Below, piece by piece: positions 13,687-30,089 of a stretch of DNA of 64,000 bases. The stretch comes from Eledone cirrhosa (lineage: Eukaryota). The notes under the pieces are model-generated. The model was not told the origin of the DNA. It did not search any database and worked only from the letters and a program-made list of their open reading frames with translations. The position numbers and the translations under genes are program-made. Location of the stretch: the NCBI GenBank assembly GCA_964016885.1, contig OZ024750.1, positions 2,356,001 to 2,420,000 of the forward strand, in the 5' to 3' direction. Numbering within the stretch: the first letter of the stretch is position 1; each line of letters begins with the position of its first letter.

Positions 13687-14188
13687 ATGTATTCAGTTTA
13701 AAGTAGGTACAGTGTATCCTTGCTTGTTACAAGTGACTAAATGGATTTGTGTCACGAGGGGCAAACATCTATAAGACATCAAAAAGTCCTGTCCAACCCA
13801 TGCTAACATGGAAAAGTTGCTGTCAAAATGTTGAGGATATATACACACACACACATACATACATACATATATATATGTGTGTGTGTGTGTATACATCAGG
13901 ATTTTACACATATGCATACATGCATGTACACACACACATATGTATATATACACACACACACACACCAGGATTTTACAGTTTCCAACTAATAGATTCTATT
14001 TGCAAGGTGTTGATTAACAAGAGCCTACAAGACAATTATTCAAGGTGCCACACAATGGGATTGAACCTGTGACCATGAAGTTTAAAAAAGAACTTCTTAA
14101 CACACAGCTATGAAAGCAGAAATTGTTTGCTTAAACTTGTAATCTGTTCTAATAATGAATATATTATATATCTAGTCCTGCAGAAGTC

Positions 14189-14239
<51 letters not shown>

Positions 14240-14306
14240 CACACACATGCTTTTACAGCCATATTTGGAACATGAGATGGAGAGATAAATAGATAGAGAA
14301 AGAGGC

Positions 14307-14341
<35 letters not shown>

Positions 14342-15776
14342 GAGAGAAAAAAAAAACACTTTATCAGTAAACTAACATCAGATATCAACATATGTTTATA
14401 ATAGTTGAGATCTTGTCTAAAAGTAATGATGTGTATTGAACCACAATAAAGAACTGTTCTATATTAAAGACCATTAGGAAGTTATAAATTGGTTTGGTTT
14501 TGCCTTTTGTGAGAAACTGTTTTATGATAACCCAACAAAAAGGCCAGGTAAAAATTCAGAATTGTTTTTGAGAATTGAGGCAGCTTCTAGGATAGATACA
14601 AATTATAAATGATATACACCAAATGTCTATTTTAACATGGTAGACACTATTTTGTAGAGTATTTGTCTTCGAACTTGTTAAGGAAAAAAATGCTTCTGAT
14701 AATGGATTATGTTTTATTGATTTAACAATGATATATTAACAAACTTCCATAAATTTGAAGATTTGAAGAACAACAATGACATAAAAGATTTAAATTTCAA
14801 CAAGAACCTGCAGATGGCATGCAATAAAAGAATACGTGGAAAATAATAATATGATGATTCTCCCTGTATTTCTGTCTCTCTTTATATCCCCCTCTCTCTC
14901 TCTCACCCACTCTCTTGTTTTCTCGTTATCCCTCTTGTTAAGTTTGCTAATAAATAAGGCGTTTGCAATTAGAAATAGGAAAAGGAACAAGAGTTTTGGT
15001 GTATGGGCAGTTGTAATGGTGGATTTCATCTGTAAACAGATCCTGTGGCCAAAGGTGGGCTGCTTATACTTACTAGTCTTTCTACAACACTAAAATTGTT
15101 TATGATTGCTGGTTCCCTAGTAAAGCTTGTACAGCCACACAGTTATCAAGAGTGGGGTGTGAAATTGAGAATATAAGTAATACCAGTGATAACAAAATAA
15201 CTGGTGAGATCCAATATATGCTAAATGGCATCAACCTCAGTGCATTGGCGACAGCTCTTTGCAGGAAGAAATGAAAACTAACTCAACAAAAAATGATATA
15301 ACAGAAAAATTAAAAGCTTTTATGTTATGTTAAGGTGGATGGGTGAAGGTCGGAGATACTTGAAAGAAATATTTTTTTTCGTTTTGGTTATTTTTCTTTT
15401 TTTTTTCTTATCTTTTTTTTTTTAATGGGTTTAGAACATAACGGAAATTTTCATTTATTTTTGTTTTAAATTATTTAATTAAAAGTGAAATTATACAACA
15501 AAATAAATGAACCATATATTTCCTTTACAACATTCAGTGTAAACAGGGAACATGTGGTAGATAGACCACAGGATTTTGTGGCAAAATAGAAATAGTAAGA
15601 GTACCTTTGTTTTTCATTTTTTTTTTTCCTTTGTGTTGTAATGGTGGTTGTAGTGATAAAGGTGGTTGTGGTGGTGATGACGGTGTTGGAAGGTAGTAGC
15701 AGTGATGGCGGTGGTGGTTGTAGATGCTTTGATAGCAATTAAGTGATAGAAACCGACAAAAACATATTATTTGGAG

Positions 15777-15813
<37 letters not shown>

Positions 15814-16371
15814 TCTAGCACATTGCTGACAGGTTCATTTACTGTAAGTAATTAAAAATGCATTTTTTTTCCTTTTAGTATGATGTATTTTTAACTTGTC
15901 AAAATGTTTGTAGGAAGAGAAATAGCGGCATAAGAGACTTAAACTGTAACTACTAGTTGAAGAATTATTATATTCACCAGAAAGGAATATTAAAAATAAG
16001 AAGAAAGAAAAAAGCAAGATGTTATATAGATTAACAAAATGAAGATGAGAAATCACTGAGCTGTTCTTTTTAATCTGTCATATATTAAAAAAGAGAGAGA
16101 TAAAAAAAGGGTGTGTTAATTTTATCAGTTTTTTTTTTTAAAGAGTCTTTGTTGAGATTTTAACATTTCAGCTAATTAGTATTTTTCTTTTGTTTTTGTT
16201 TTTTTGTTGTTTTTTTTTCTTCTTTAAAGAGAAATAATAAAAGATTAGAACTACCAAATATAGGCAGTGTAAAGATTCCATGCTACATAATAAATGGTAG
16301 GGATCAGGGAAATAACACAATTCCAGACAAAAACAAATAGCATTGTATGCCTGAATAAAATTTATATGTCC

Positions 16372-16773
16372 ATAAATAACGATGGTAACTATAGTATAAA
16401 CATAGCAAGATTTAACTAATTAAATTATATAAATAACGATGGTAACTATAGTATAAACATAGCAAGATTTAACTAATTAAATTATATAAATAACGATGGT
16501 AACTATAGTATAAACATAGCAAGATTTAACTAATTAAATTATATAAATAACGATGGTAACTATAGTATAAACATAGCAAGATTTAACTAATTAAATTATA
16601 TAAATAACGATGGTAACTATAGTATAAACATAGCAAGATTTAACTAATTAAATTATATAAATAACGATGGTAACTATAGTATAAACATAGCAAGATTTAA
16701 CTAATTAAATTATATAAATAACGATGGTAACTATAGTATAAACATAGCAAGATTTAACTAATTAAATTATATA
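16372..16773. repeat. 57-bp minisatellite, 7 identical copies
   Basis: Unit ATAAATAACGATGGTAACTATAGTATAAACATAGCAAGATTTAACTAATTAAATTAT. Confidence 0.97.
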
Positions 16774-16923
16774 ATCAACAAACAATGAAATTAAAATCTA
16801 ACAAGAAACAGAAGATCTGCTGTTTTGGGGGGTTTTTTAACATGCAAAAATATCAAGTTCGGTTTTTGTGTTTGTTTCAAATGCATTCAAAGTATAAAGG
16901 TTAACATGGGAAATAAATAAACT

Positions 16924-19792
16924 GTGTGGTGTGGTGTGTGGTGTGTGTGGTGTGGGGTGTGTGGTGTGGTGTGTGGTGTGTGGTGTGTGGGGTGTGTCGT
17001 GTGGTGTGTGGTGTGGTGTGTGTGTGGTGTGTGTGGTGTGGGGTGTGTGGTGTGGTGTGTGGTGTGTGGTGTGGTGTGTGTGGTGTGTGGTGTGGGGTGT
17101 GTGGTGTGGTGTGTGGTGTGTGGTGTGGTGTGTGTGGTGTGTGGTGTGGTGTGGTGTGTGGTGTGTGTGGTGTGGGGTGTGTGGTGTGGTGTGTGGTGTG
17201 TGGTGTGGTGTGTGTGGTGTGGGGTGTGTGGTGTGGTGTGTGGTGTGTGGTGTGTGGTGTGGTGTGTGGTGTGGTGTGTGTGGTGTGGTGTGTGGTGTGG
17301 TGTGGTGTGGTGTGGTGTGGTGTGTGGTGTGGGGTGTGTGGTGTGGGGTGTGTGTGGTGTGGTGTGTGGTGTGGTGTGGTGTGGTGTGTGGTGTGGGGTG
17401 TGTGTGGTGTGGTGTGGTGGGGTGTGTGGTGTGGGGTGTGTGGTGTGTGGTGTGTGTGGTGTGGTGTGTGGTGTGGGGTGTGGTGTGGTGTGTGGTGTGG
17501 TGTGTGGTGTGGGGTGTGTGTGGTGTGGTGGGGTGTGGTGGTGTGTGATGTGGTGTGTGTGTGTGGTGTGGTGTGGTGTGTGGTGTGGTGTGGTGTGTGG
17601 TGTGTGGTGTGGTGTGGTGTGTGTGTGTGGTGTGGTGTGGTGTGTGGTGTGGTGTGGTGTGTGGTGTGTGGTGTGTGGTGTGGTGTGTGGTGTGGTGTGT
17701 GGTGTATGGTATGTGGTGTGGTGTGGTGTATGTGGTGTGGTGCGTGTGTGTGGTGTGGTGTGTGTGTGGTGTGGTGTGTGTGTGGTGTGGTGTGTGTGCT
17801 GTGGTGTGTGTGGTGTGTGCTGTGGTGTGTGTGGTGTGTGGTGTGTGTGGTGTGGTGTGTGTGGTGTGTGTGTGGTGTGTGTGTGGTGTGGTGTGTGTGG
17901 TGTGTGTGGTGTGGTGTGTGTGGTGTGGTGTGTGTGGTGTGTGTGGTGTGGTGTGTGTGGTGTGTGTGTGGTGTGTGTGTGGTGTGGTGTGTGTGGTGTG
18001 TGTGGTGTGGTGTGTGTGGTGTGTGTGGTGTGGTGTGTGTGGTGTGTGTGTGGTGTGTGTGGTGTGTGTGGTGTGGTGTGTGTGGTGTGTGTGTGGTGTG
18101 TGTGTGGTGTGGTGTGTGGTGTGTGTGGTGTGTGTGTGGTGTGGTGTGTGTGGTGTGTGTGGTGTGGTGTGTGTGGTGTGTGTGTGGTGTGGTGTGTGTG
18201 GTGTGTGTGGTGTGGTGTGTGTGGTGTGTGTGTGGTGTGTGTGTGGTGTGGTGTGTGGTGTGTGTGGTGTGTGTGTGGTGTGGTGTGTGTGGTGTGTGTG
18301 GTGTGGTGTGTGTGGTGTGTGTGTGGTGTGGTGTGGTGTGTGGTGTGTGTGGTGTGGTGTGTGTGGTGTGTGTGTGGTGTGTGTGTGGTGTGTGTGTGGT
18401 GTGGTGTGTGGTGTGTGTGTGGTGTGTGTGGTGTGGTGTGTGTGGTGTGTGTGGTGTGGTGTGTGTGGTGTGTGTGTGGTGTGTGTGTGGTGTGGTGTGT
18501 GTGGTGTGTGTGTGGTGTGGTGTGTGTGTGGTGTGTGTGTGGTGTGGTGTGTGTGGTGTGTGTGGTGTGTGTGGTGTGTGTGTGGTGTGTGTGTGGTGTG
18601 GTGTGTGGTGTGTGTGGTGTGTGTGGTGTGGTGTGTGTGGTGTGTGTGGTGTGGTGTGTGTGGTGTGGTGTGTGGTGTGTGTGTGGTGTGTGTGGTGTGT
18701 GTGTGTGGTGTGTGTGGTGTGGTGTGTGTGGTGTGTGTGTGGTGTGTGTGTGGTGTGGTGTGTGTGGTGTGTGTGTGGTGTGGTGTGTGTGTGGTGTGTG
18801 TGGTGTGTGTGGTGTGGTGTGTGTGTGGTGTGTGTGTGGTGTGGTGTGTGTGGTGTGTGTGGTGTGGTGTGTGTGGTGTGTGTGGTGTGGTGTGTGTGGT
18901 GTGTGTGTGGTGTGTGTGTGGTGTGGTGTGTGTGGTGTGTGTGGTGTGGTGTGTGTGGTGTGTGTGGTGTGGTGTGTGTGGTGTGTGTGTGGTGTGTGTG
19001 GTGTGTGTGGTGTGGTGTGTGTGGTGTGTGTGTGGTGTGTGTGTGGTGTGGTGTGTGTGGTGTGTGTGGTGTGGTGTGTGTGGTGTGTGTGGTGTGGTGT
19101 GTGTGGTGTGTGTGTGGTGTGTGTGTGGTGTGGTGTGTGTGGTGTGTGTGTGGTGTGGTGTGTGTGTGGTGTGTGTGTGGTGTGTGTGGTGTGTGTGGTG
19201 TGGTGTGTGTGTGGTGTGTGTGTGGTGTGGTGTGTGTGGTGTGTGTGGTGTGGTGTGTGTGATGTATGTGGTGTGGTGTGTGTGTGGTGTGGTGTATGTG
19301 GTGTGGTGTATGTGGTGTGGTGTGTGTGTGTGGTGTGTGTATGTGGTGTGGTGCGTGTGTGTGGTGTGTGTATGTGGTGTGGTGCGTGTGTGTGGTGTGG
19401 TGTGTGTGTGGTATGTGTATGTGGTGTGGTGCGTGTGTGTGGTGTGGTGTGTGTGTGGTGTGTGTATGTGGTGTGGTGCGTGTGTGTGGTGTGGTGTGTG
19501 TGTGGTGTGTGTATGTGGTGTGGTGCGTGTGTGTGGTGTGGTGTGTGTATGGTGTGTGTATGTGGTGTGGAGTGTGTGTGGTGTGTGTATGTGGTGTGGT
19601 GTGTGTATGTGGTGTGGAGTGTGTGTGGTGTGGGTATGTGGTGTGTGTGTGGTGTGGTGTGTGTATGTGGTGTGGTGCGTGGGTGTGGTGTGTGTGTGGT
19701 GTGTGTATGTGGTGTGGAGTGTGTGTGGTGTGTGTATGTGGTGTGGAGTGTGTGTGGTGTGTGTATGTGGTGTGGAGTGTGTGTGGTGTGTG
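16924..19792. repeat. 2.9-kb compound (GT)n/(GTGTG)n microsatellite
   Basis: Almost only G and T on the + strand, with 5/7/9-nt variant units. Confidence 0.98.
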
Positions 19793-19879
19793 ATTTAGGA
19801 GTCAAACCATAGAAATTGTTCTGGTAAATAAGTGATTGAAAGGAAACTAAAGGGATAAAAAAAATAGCTACAAATTTAA

Positions 19880-21436
<1,557 letters not shown>

Positions 21437-22591
21437 TTGTGATTCAACTGACATATTGACTAATTAAAAAATATAAATAATTAAAAAGAAATGTCCGTTA
21501 ACTGAAAGAAAATTTAAAGAAAAAAAAACAACTAAATTGTTCATTAAGGAGGCAGAAAGACTTTAGGCAAGATGGGAGGGGGGGGACTGGTGATGTTTCT
21601 TAAAGGATTACTGACATATATATGTAAAGCAAAGGGCTGAAACCAGTTTATGGACTCAGTCAAGAAGCTATTTTAATAATAGTGATTTCTATTTTAGGCA
21701 CAAGACCAGTAATTTAGGGGTTACTCTACTGTATCGACTCTGTGAGGATGGATAGTAAAAGTTAATCTTGGCGGGATTTGAACTCAGAAAGTAAAGAGCT
21801 GGAGCAAATACTGCCAAGTATTTGCCCAATGTTCGAAAAATTCTGGCAATTCACATAGCTTTGATAATTTAAAAGACATGTCCATTAACTGAAAGGAAGA
21901 AGAAAAAATCCAAATTAAATTTAGGGGTTAATTAAACCCTTAGAAAATACAAGATGCAATTATAAAACCTAATTGTTTCTTACCTAGGCATAAAACCTGA
22001 TAACAGAGGATGTTGTGATACTTCCTATAATAATAATAATTGTTTCTAATTTTGGCACAAAGCCAGCTATTTGAAGGGAAGGAGAAAGTCGATTAAATCA
22101 ACCCCAGTATTTGACTGGGGTTGATTTATAGACCTAGGAAGGATGAAAGGCAAAGTTGACCTTGGCAGGATTCAAACTCAGAATGTAAAGGGCCATAAAG
22201 CCATTTTGTCCAACATTCTAATAATTTTGCCAATCCACTACCTTCAAATGATAATAGCAAATAATAATAATAATAATAAATGGAAAATGACTTCAGTACA
22301 GCCGAAAAGTTAGCTAGAGGCAAATGAAGGCCAAATCTGTTCCAATAAACATGATACAAGTAGGAAAAGTCACTTAAGCCATTGCTGATCATTAGAAAAC
22401 AGTAAGAATGGATAACTCAAGGATTTTACCAGAAATGCAAACCAATTATTGTGCAAGTAGGAAGTAGTAAAAGTTTTATTTGGTGTTGTATGTACATGGG
22501 TATGTGTGCGTGTATGTGTGCATGTATATGTGTATGTATGTTAGTATGTGTATGTGTGTATGTGTGCGTGGGTGCGTGTGTGCGTGGGTGT

Positions 22592-22643
<52 letters not shown>

Positions 22644-23254
22644 GCACTTTCAGTAACAATTATGGTGAAAACATTACAAGGAAAGCTCAATTTGATATTT
22701 AATATTTGGTTTTAAAAAAAAAAAATCATCAACATGATGTGATCAAGGATATGAGGGTTCCAAAACTAAAATTTAAGAAAAAAAAAAAAAACAATAATAT
22801 GAAAGAAAGAATGAAATAAATAAAAACAAACAAAACAAAATAATCGTCCTAAAATAAAAAAATAAAATTCAATTTAAATAAATTTTCAGAATAATATTAA
22901 TTAATATTAATAACAATAATAATAAATTAATTTCGATTTTTTTTTCTCTCTCCAAAAATAAAAAAAAAATATTTTAAAAAACCAAAACAATTGTTAGCAT
23001 TAAGTTAGTAGCAGTATCATCATCATCAACATCATCATCATCATCTTCCTTGTAATCCGCCTCCTTTTCCTCTTTTCTCCTCCTCATCCTCAGAAGTGGG
23101 GTTAGTAGTAGTAGTAGTAGTAGAAGTAGTAGTAGTAGTAGAAGAAGTAGTAGTAGTAGTAGTAGCTGTTGTTCTCTGGCAAACTCCCCACCCCTCCCAA
23201 CACTTGAATTTAAAAACAAAAACAAATCCCCCACCCTTCCAAAAAAAGAAACAG

Positions 23255-23285
<31 letters not shown>

Positions 23286-24004
23286 CAAAAACAAAGAGAA
23301 AAATAAAATAATAGAATTAAGCTGTAGGCAGCATCATTGTAGCCAAAAAAAAAAAAAGTATCAGATTCACTTTTCTTGAAAACGAGATATGCACTTTGAT
23401 ATTTCATTTTTTTTTTTTATTTCATTTTATTAATTAGTTTGTTTAAAAATCCTTGTGCTCCAGACAAATGGAGAATGTTGCTGCTGATGCTGGTATTGTT
23501 GTTGTTGACACTCCATTTCCAAATACGCACCCCAAGGGCAATGAGGTGAGCAAGAGGCGATGGGTTCGTTCATGTACAGCATGCAACATGCACTCAAAAA
23601 GGTTCTCCAGGCATATTATTCAATACATACACAAATAGCACTTTCATTTATTGTGAAACATTATGTTTCTGTGTGTGTGTGTGTGTGTGTGAATGTATAT
23701 GCATGCATGTTTGAGTGAGAGTGTGTGTGTGTGTGAGAGTGTGTGTGTGTGTGTGTGAGTGAGTGAGTAAGAGACAGAATGTGTTTACACACCTGTGTGT
23801 GTTTGTGTAGTGTGTGCAGAATGTGTTTATAATATTGCACGTCTCCATATCAGTAGATATCTGCACACCTCCATACAGTCATCCAAGCAGCGTGTCGTCA
23901 CACACGCAAACCTACATACCAGCCATGCCACATATAACAAGACATGCTTGCATGCCAATTAGAATATCTCTGTATATTTATGTGTGTCTATATGCATATG
24001 CTCA

Positions 24005-24572
24005 GAAATATATACATGAATATATATATATATATATTCATATATTATATAGATATATAGATATTCATATATTATATATATATATATATATTTATATAAT
24101 ATATGTATATATATATATATTCATATATTATATGTATATATATATATATTCATATATTATATGTATATATATATATTCATATATTATATGTATATATATA
24201 TATATTCATATATTATATGTATATATATATATATTCATATATTATATGTATATATATATATATTCATATATTATATGTATATATATATATTTATATAATA
24301 TATGTATATATATATATATTCATATATTATATGTATATATATATATATTCATATATTATATGTATATATATATTTATATAATATATGTATATATATATAT
24401 ATATATATAGATTCATATATTATGTATATATATATATTTATATAATATATATATATAGATTCATATATTATATGTATATATATATATTCATATATTATAT
24501 ATATTCATATATATATATATATATTATATATATATATATATTCATATATTATATATATATATATATATATTC

Positions 24573-24626
<54 letters not shown>

Positions 24627-24839
24627 CATATGCTCATATATATATAGACACACATATAGATATGCACATGCATGCATCATACATCTGTGAAGCTATAGAA
24701 GTGACTCACCGACCGACAGTTTCGTGTTTAAGCAACAAACTCCTCAGCTTCAGGTCACTTGTACAGCTTCACAGATATAACACAATGTACATCACTCTTA
24801 CCCTTATATTGAGTTTTGTTTCTCCTGTTTGCACAGCCA

Positions 24840-24907
<68 letters not shown>

Positions 24908-24913
24908 TAAATA

Positions 24914-25011
<98 letters not shown>

Positions 25012-25045
25012 TATATATTTATATATATCTGTGAGCATATGCATA

Positions 25046-25102
<57 letters not shown>

Positions 25103-25165
25103 CTATACATACACACACATGCATACAAACATACATACATACACACAAACACACACACCGATAGA
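24005..25165. repeat. (TA)n/(CA)n compound microsatellite block
   Basis: TTCATATATTATATGTATATATA units, then (TA)n and (CA)n, interrupted by a unique island at 24665-24840. Confidence 0.92.
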
Positions 25166-25816
25166 TAGATAGATAAGATATATTCAAAATGTAAGAAAAA
25201 TAATTTTCATTATTAGGTACAACATAGCTGAGGTGTGTGAATATAATATAGTAAGTTATGTAACCCTGTTTCTCTAGTTCTTGGTTTGATGTGTGAGTTA
25301 CACAGTAGCATGCCACAACCACTCTTTTACATTTAGTCACTCGTGATGAGGGCAGAGCAAAGAGCCAAAAGTCTGCGAATAAGAAAGGAGACTGATTTTT
25401 TTTTTTTTTTTTCGTGAAATAAATATACAGATAAATAAAATGAGTATTAAATAGAGAACTCCATTTAAGTTAAGATGAAAGAAACTTAGAGAGAGGAACG
25501 AAAGAAGAAGAAGGAGAATGAAAGAAAGAACGAGTTTTAGAAAGTGTAGGAATTGAGACCAAGAATGGAAGGAGAAATACCTTCTCACAGTGAATGCAGG
25601 TCAGCAGGTAATGATGTAATCACATCAACAATTACAGACATCACAAGAAAATGTTTCCTTTTTTGTTTGTTTTTTCTTAGAAAAAAGTCCAATATATTAG
25701 TCACAGCAACAAATTTGGATATTTTTTTCATGTTTTTTTTTTAATTATTTATATTTTCAACATTGTTCACAGTAGTAGTAGTAGTAGAAGTAGTAGTAGT
25801 TGTAGAAGTAGTAGTA

Positions 25817-25864
<48 letters not shown>

Positions 25865-27729
25865 AATAATGAATTCTTTTTTTTTTGTTGTTAACATGTG
25901 TAATCTTTAATAACTTCAAACAATTTGTGTTTAGGGTAAGGGAAAACTGATTTCTCACACTTTTTTAAAATATTTTTCTTTCCATTTTTTTTAAAAGAAT
26001 TTTCTTAGCACTCATATTTCTTTTTATAGATATTCTTTACTAGTAATTTTGTTCTTTTTTTATTTTTTTTAAATCTTTTATATTTGGAAGTTTAAAAGCC
26101 ATTATCACTTGTTAATTTCTTCTTCCTCTTCTTCTTCTTCTCACTCTGCATATTGTTGTCACCCTGTTTCAGCTGACCCCTAGCTGTGTGAGAGATACTG
26201 TCGAGGCAGCCATTTTGCCAACATTTTGCAATCAGTCAAACTTTAAAAAGAAATCTTTGAAATGTGTACTTAATTTTATAGGTTGTGTTTCTCCATACAA
26301 AACATTGCTGCAGTTTAGATGCACAAGAGGGCACCAATGAGGGCTTGGTTGCAACTGGGATCATATTTTTTGTTGTTGTTGTTATTGTTGTCTCTTACTT
26401 CTCTTCCTCTCTCTCTTTCTCTCTCTCACTCTCTCTCTCTCAAGAGATCACTCTCTTATTTTTAGATATCAATGCTGCCATACATCCATCATCAGAGCCA
26501 GTAATGGAGTCACTGGTTGGGGCTATACATTGATGTCCAGTTGGCTGGGAAAGGGTTAAACGCGTAATACAAATGTATGGAACCAGCGACAATTGGACGC
26601 CCCTTTAGCCCCCAAATAGTTTGCATTGTGTTGTTTTGAAACAGCAGCAGCAGCAGTAGCTGTTTACATCGACATCATCCCCACCAACCCCACCCCAAAG
26701 CTAGCGCTTGCATTATTGGAGAATTTTTGAGTCTAGTCAATAGATTTAAGGAAAGAAAGAAAGAAGAGGGTAAAAAACAAAGAAAAAGAGAAGGAAAAAG
26801 AAAAGATAAAAGGAAAAGAAAGAAGTAGACGACAAAGTAAAGCACAGCTCAACAGGGTGATGTTTACATCAAATTTGAGTTGCTGAAATGTTGGATAATA
26901 CCAAAGTGAGTTTATCTGTTATATTTTTGTTTTGCTTTTTTTTTTTCCTTGAATTGTCAACAGCCAATAATAATGAAACAAAAAACTCCATAAAAGAATC
27001 CCTAATAGGGATTTGAGTCTCATAAAACTGATGCACATATTGAAGTTGACAACTTCTCGAATAATTAATAAAATCTTTCTTTGAGCAATCACCATAGCTT
27101 CTTGTGAATTTGAAATGGTTTCATTCTTAATTTGTTTCTTTATATCATTATATTATTTATATATATTTTGCTCATTCCAGTGAGGTGCCGAAAGTGCCAG
27201 CAGATGGTTTGTCTGATGGAATCAGCTGTGTAATTTTGTTCAACTTTTAGACAAAGAAGAGGTTTCAGTAATGATACTGCAGTGGTCTGAAGGGTTTAAG
27301 CTGGGTTTTGGAAGATATTTCTATCAACCAAGGTATTTTTTATGAAGTTAGAGCCACCTGGAGAACAAAGAAAGGAAAGATAACACACCGAAGCCTAGCA
27401 AGGCCTAGAGTGTTCTCAACCCTGTCAAACTAACTCAAGGAAGCAACAGAGGAGATATAACTATTACCAGGATTTTCACAATCATTTAACAGAATGTACT
27501 ATAAATTTGATTTTAAAAATCATTGTTTCCAAACTGTCAGAATCAGATATGTTGAAAAATCCTAGCGTGGTTGTGCAATACAACTGTAAAATAGTTATCT
27601 CCTTTGACCATGTTTTGCAGTATAGAAATATTAATAGATGTTAGGTTTGCATATTGCAGCTCATTTCAGCTGCCATACAGATGCTGACATGAGAAATTTT
27701 AATAGCTGACATTCATGCCATCAGTATGA

Positions 27730-28185
27730 TTAGATGTCTATACTGCCTTCCTTGATAGGTGGGTGTCTCTGGCTTCGGGGAGATGAATAACCTCTTTCAC
27801 GTGAGTCTACATGATGACTTCGATCGCGTCTATCATGTGCTCCTCGGATATCTGTAAATTCAGGTATTCCTCGAGGAGCACCTCGATCACTGTCTCTAGG
27901 TCGATCGTGTGACCTCTCAGAATCATATTCACGATCTTGCAGCATCCGCCCACCACCACTACTTCCACGTTCATGTAACTGTCTTTCTGGAGAATCACCG
28001 TGGAGCTGGGCCTCACGTGACAATGAACTTGACATGATATTTGTATGAGAGGAGTGATGTTTGGGTTCATTTTGAGGGTTCATGGAAGCTGGGTGAGTGG
28101 CTCGCCAATAGCGTTCAAGATATTCAGCTAAATGTTGGCAGGCATCGTCTAGCTGGTTTTCATCTAGGATCACATCAAACATTTC
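27730..28185 (-). CDS. CACNB: Cav-beta terminal coding exon (456 nt, GK end plus variable C-terminus)
   Basis: TTTCAG acceptor; [32 protein letters not shown]...[12 protein letters not shown]. Confidence 0.95.
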   Translation of the reverse strand, partial: EMFDVILDENQLDDACQHLAEYLERYWRATHPASMNPQNEPKHHSSHTNIMSSSLSREAQLHGDSPERQLHERGSSGGGRMLQDREYDSERSHDRPRDSDRGAPRGIPEFTDIRGAHDRRDRSHHVDSRERGYSSPRSQRHPPIKEGSIDI

Positions 28186-29455
28186 CTGAAAGGACAACAT
28201 TTAGATGATTAACTATGGCAAATAAAAATATTTATAAAAATTCATTTTATATATTTTTATCAATTAAACATGTAATAGCATCTCACTCTTCAACTACTAT
28301 AAGTATAGAGTTCAATAGACAATATTTCAAACCTCATTACTGAGAAAGGTGGAACTCATCAAATCAAACCAAGGAAACAATGTTTCAATTGCTCAAGGTT
28401 GTCACTGATATTATCTATCAGTGACAACCTTTTTAATTTCTTCATGCATCAATAATATATTCCTCAAACTTCCATTTTTACCTTCATATCAATGCACTGA
28501 AATATTTTCCAAACATATTCAAGTACTTTAGAGATTAACCTACTGACTAATAATCAATAAAGAATACAGCCTGTCTCTGACAATTGTCTTAATTCATTTT
28601 TCATTTCATGTCATTGATTTTGTGAACAAGGGTGTCACAAGTTTCCAATGAGTCATTCACTGGTTCACTGTATTTCCAATGACAAGAGTCATAAGGAAGT
28701 GTCAAACTCGGGTGGAATAAATATTATGTTGTCTGTTTACTTCAGATTACCTATATACCCCTATAGAGGTGATGTGACCCTTCACTATTTCTTTATCTAT
28801 GTACATGTCACTTCTGCATACATACATGACTGTGAAGAGAGACTTTAAATGTAACAAGTAATCAAATCATAGCAACTTGATTGATTTCAGTAACACCAAG
28901 ATGTAGTCACTACCTATATAAAAACCCCACTAGACTCTCCTGTCTGAAGAACAACACAAATACAGCCCCTTCAAACTCCCTACAAGTGATAGGTCACACA
29001 AAGTCTGATGTCTAATAACAAATCTATAAACTAAGGAAAGGACTGGGTTTCCTTATTGACCAAACAACAAGTGAATCTGACATTGTAGTGTTGCCCATAT
29101 ATTTGTGATAGTGCAGTTGCAACACACAAACATTATAAACCATCTGATCAGCAACCTTCCACTTTGTAACACTCTGCATTAGTTCACTGACATACTGTCT
29201 TCCATTACAATGGACTCCTCTTTGAAGCTAAAAACAAAACTATGTATCACCCAACCTAAATACATTCAATGTCCTCATCCCTTTTCTTCTCGTCATCCTT
29301 ATTATGTCTAACCTATCATCAACATCATCATAATTGCAACTGTGGACAATATTTCTGACAAAGTCTCTCCACAAATCTCCATTCCTCCTGGCAACAGCTC
29401 CTTACTGAGGTTCATATTGTCTGAGAGTTGCAATTGAAAAATTAAACACAACAAA

Positions 29456-29656
29456 CGAGGGCCAACTGAAAAAGTTCATAGGCTGACTATGAAGGAATGC
29501 TGCTAGAGCTGTGAAATCTGGCATGTATTAATTTCAACTCTTTTTATTTGTAACTGCATTGATTCTTTTCAGGAACAATGTTAAAAACTAAACCTCATTT
29601 GATCATTCCATGAGAGTATTTTGGTCACCCTATGAACTTTTTAAACAACCCTTGTA
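29456..29656. mobile_element. Mariner-like MITE copy
   Basis: CGAGGG...AAAAGTTCATAGG / CCTATGAACTTTT...CCCTTG|TA terminal inverted repeats; body matches 42785-42982. Confidence 0.78.
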
Positions 29657-29658
29657 TG

Positions 29659-29689
<31 letters not shown>

Positions 29690-29773
29690 GTTTATATATA
29701 TATATATATATATATATATGGCCATCAAAACAAAGAGACATTGAATAAAGAGAGTGTGAAATATTTAACTTAC

Positions 29774-29869
29774 AGGACTGCATTGTGCCAGCTTGTCAGC
29801 TGCTACAAGTTGAACATTCATATTTCTACTTTGAGATTTACCGCGGGACTTAATTAATCGCTGAAGGAC
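29774..29869 (-). CDS. CACNB: Cav-beta exon (96 nt, GK)
   Basis: TTTTAG/GTAAGT; [32 protein letters not shown]. Confidence 0.97.
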
Positions 29870-30056
29870 CTAAAAATGGGGAAAATACACAATTCAATAT
29901 GAATACACAGAAGACAAAAACAGGATTTATATATCACCATCATCACTTTTACTTCAACTTTTCTATGTTGGCATGGGTTAGATAAGACTTTTGAGACAAT
30001 GCTTTTACAGCAAGATGCCCTTCCTGACACTGAATCTTATTTAGTCACTTCTTAGA

Positions 30057-30089
<33 letters not shown>

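Noticed and set aside
16924-19792. Telomere-like TG-rich tract
   Set aside because: Resembles yeast TG1-3 only superficially; no TTAGGG units and it is interstitial.
16887-19812. 750-970 aa His/Thr/Pro- and Val/Cys/Trp/Gly-rich ORFs
   Set aside because: Translations of the GT microsatellite, which cannot contain stop codons; no splice or coding signal.
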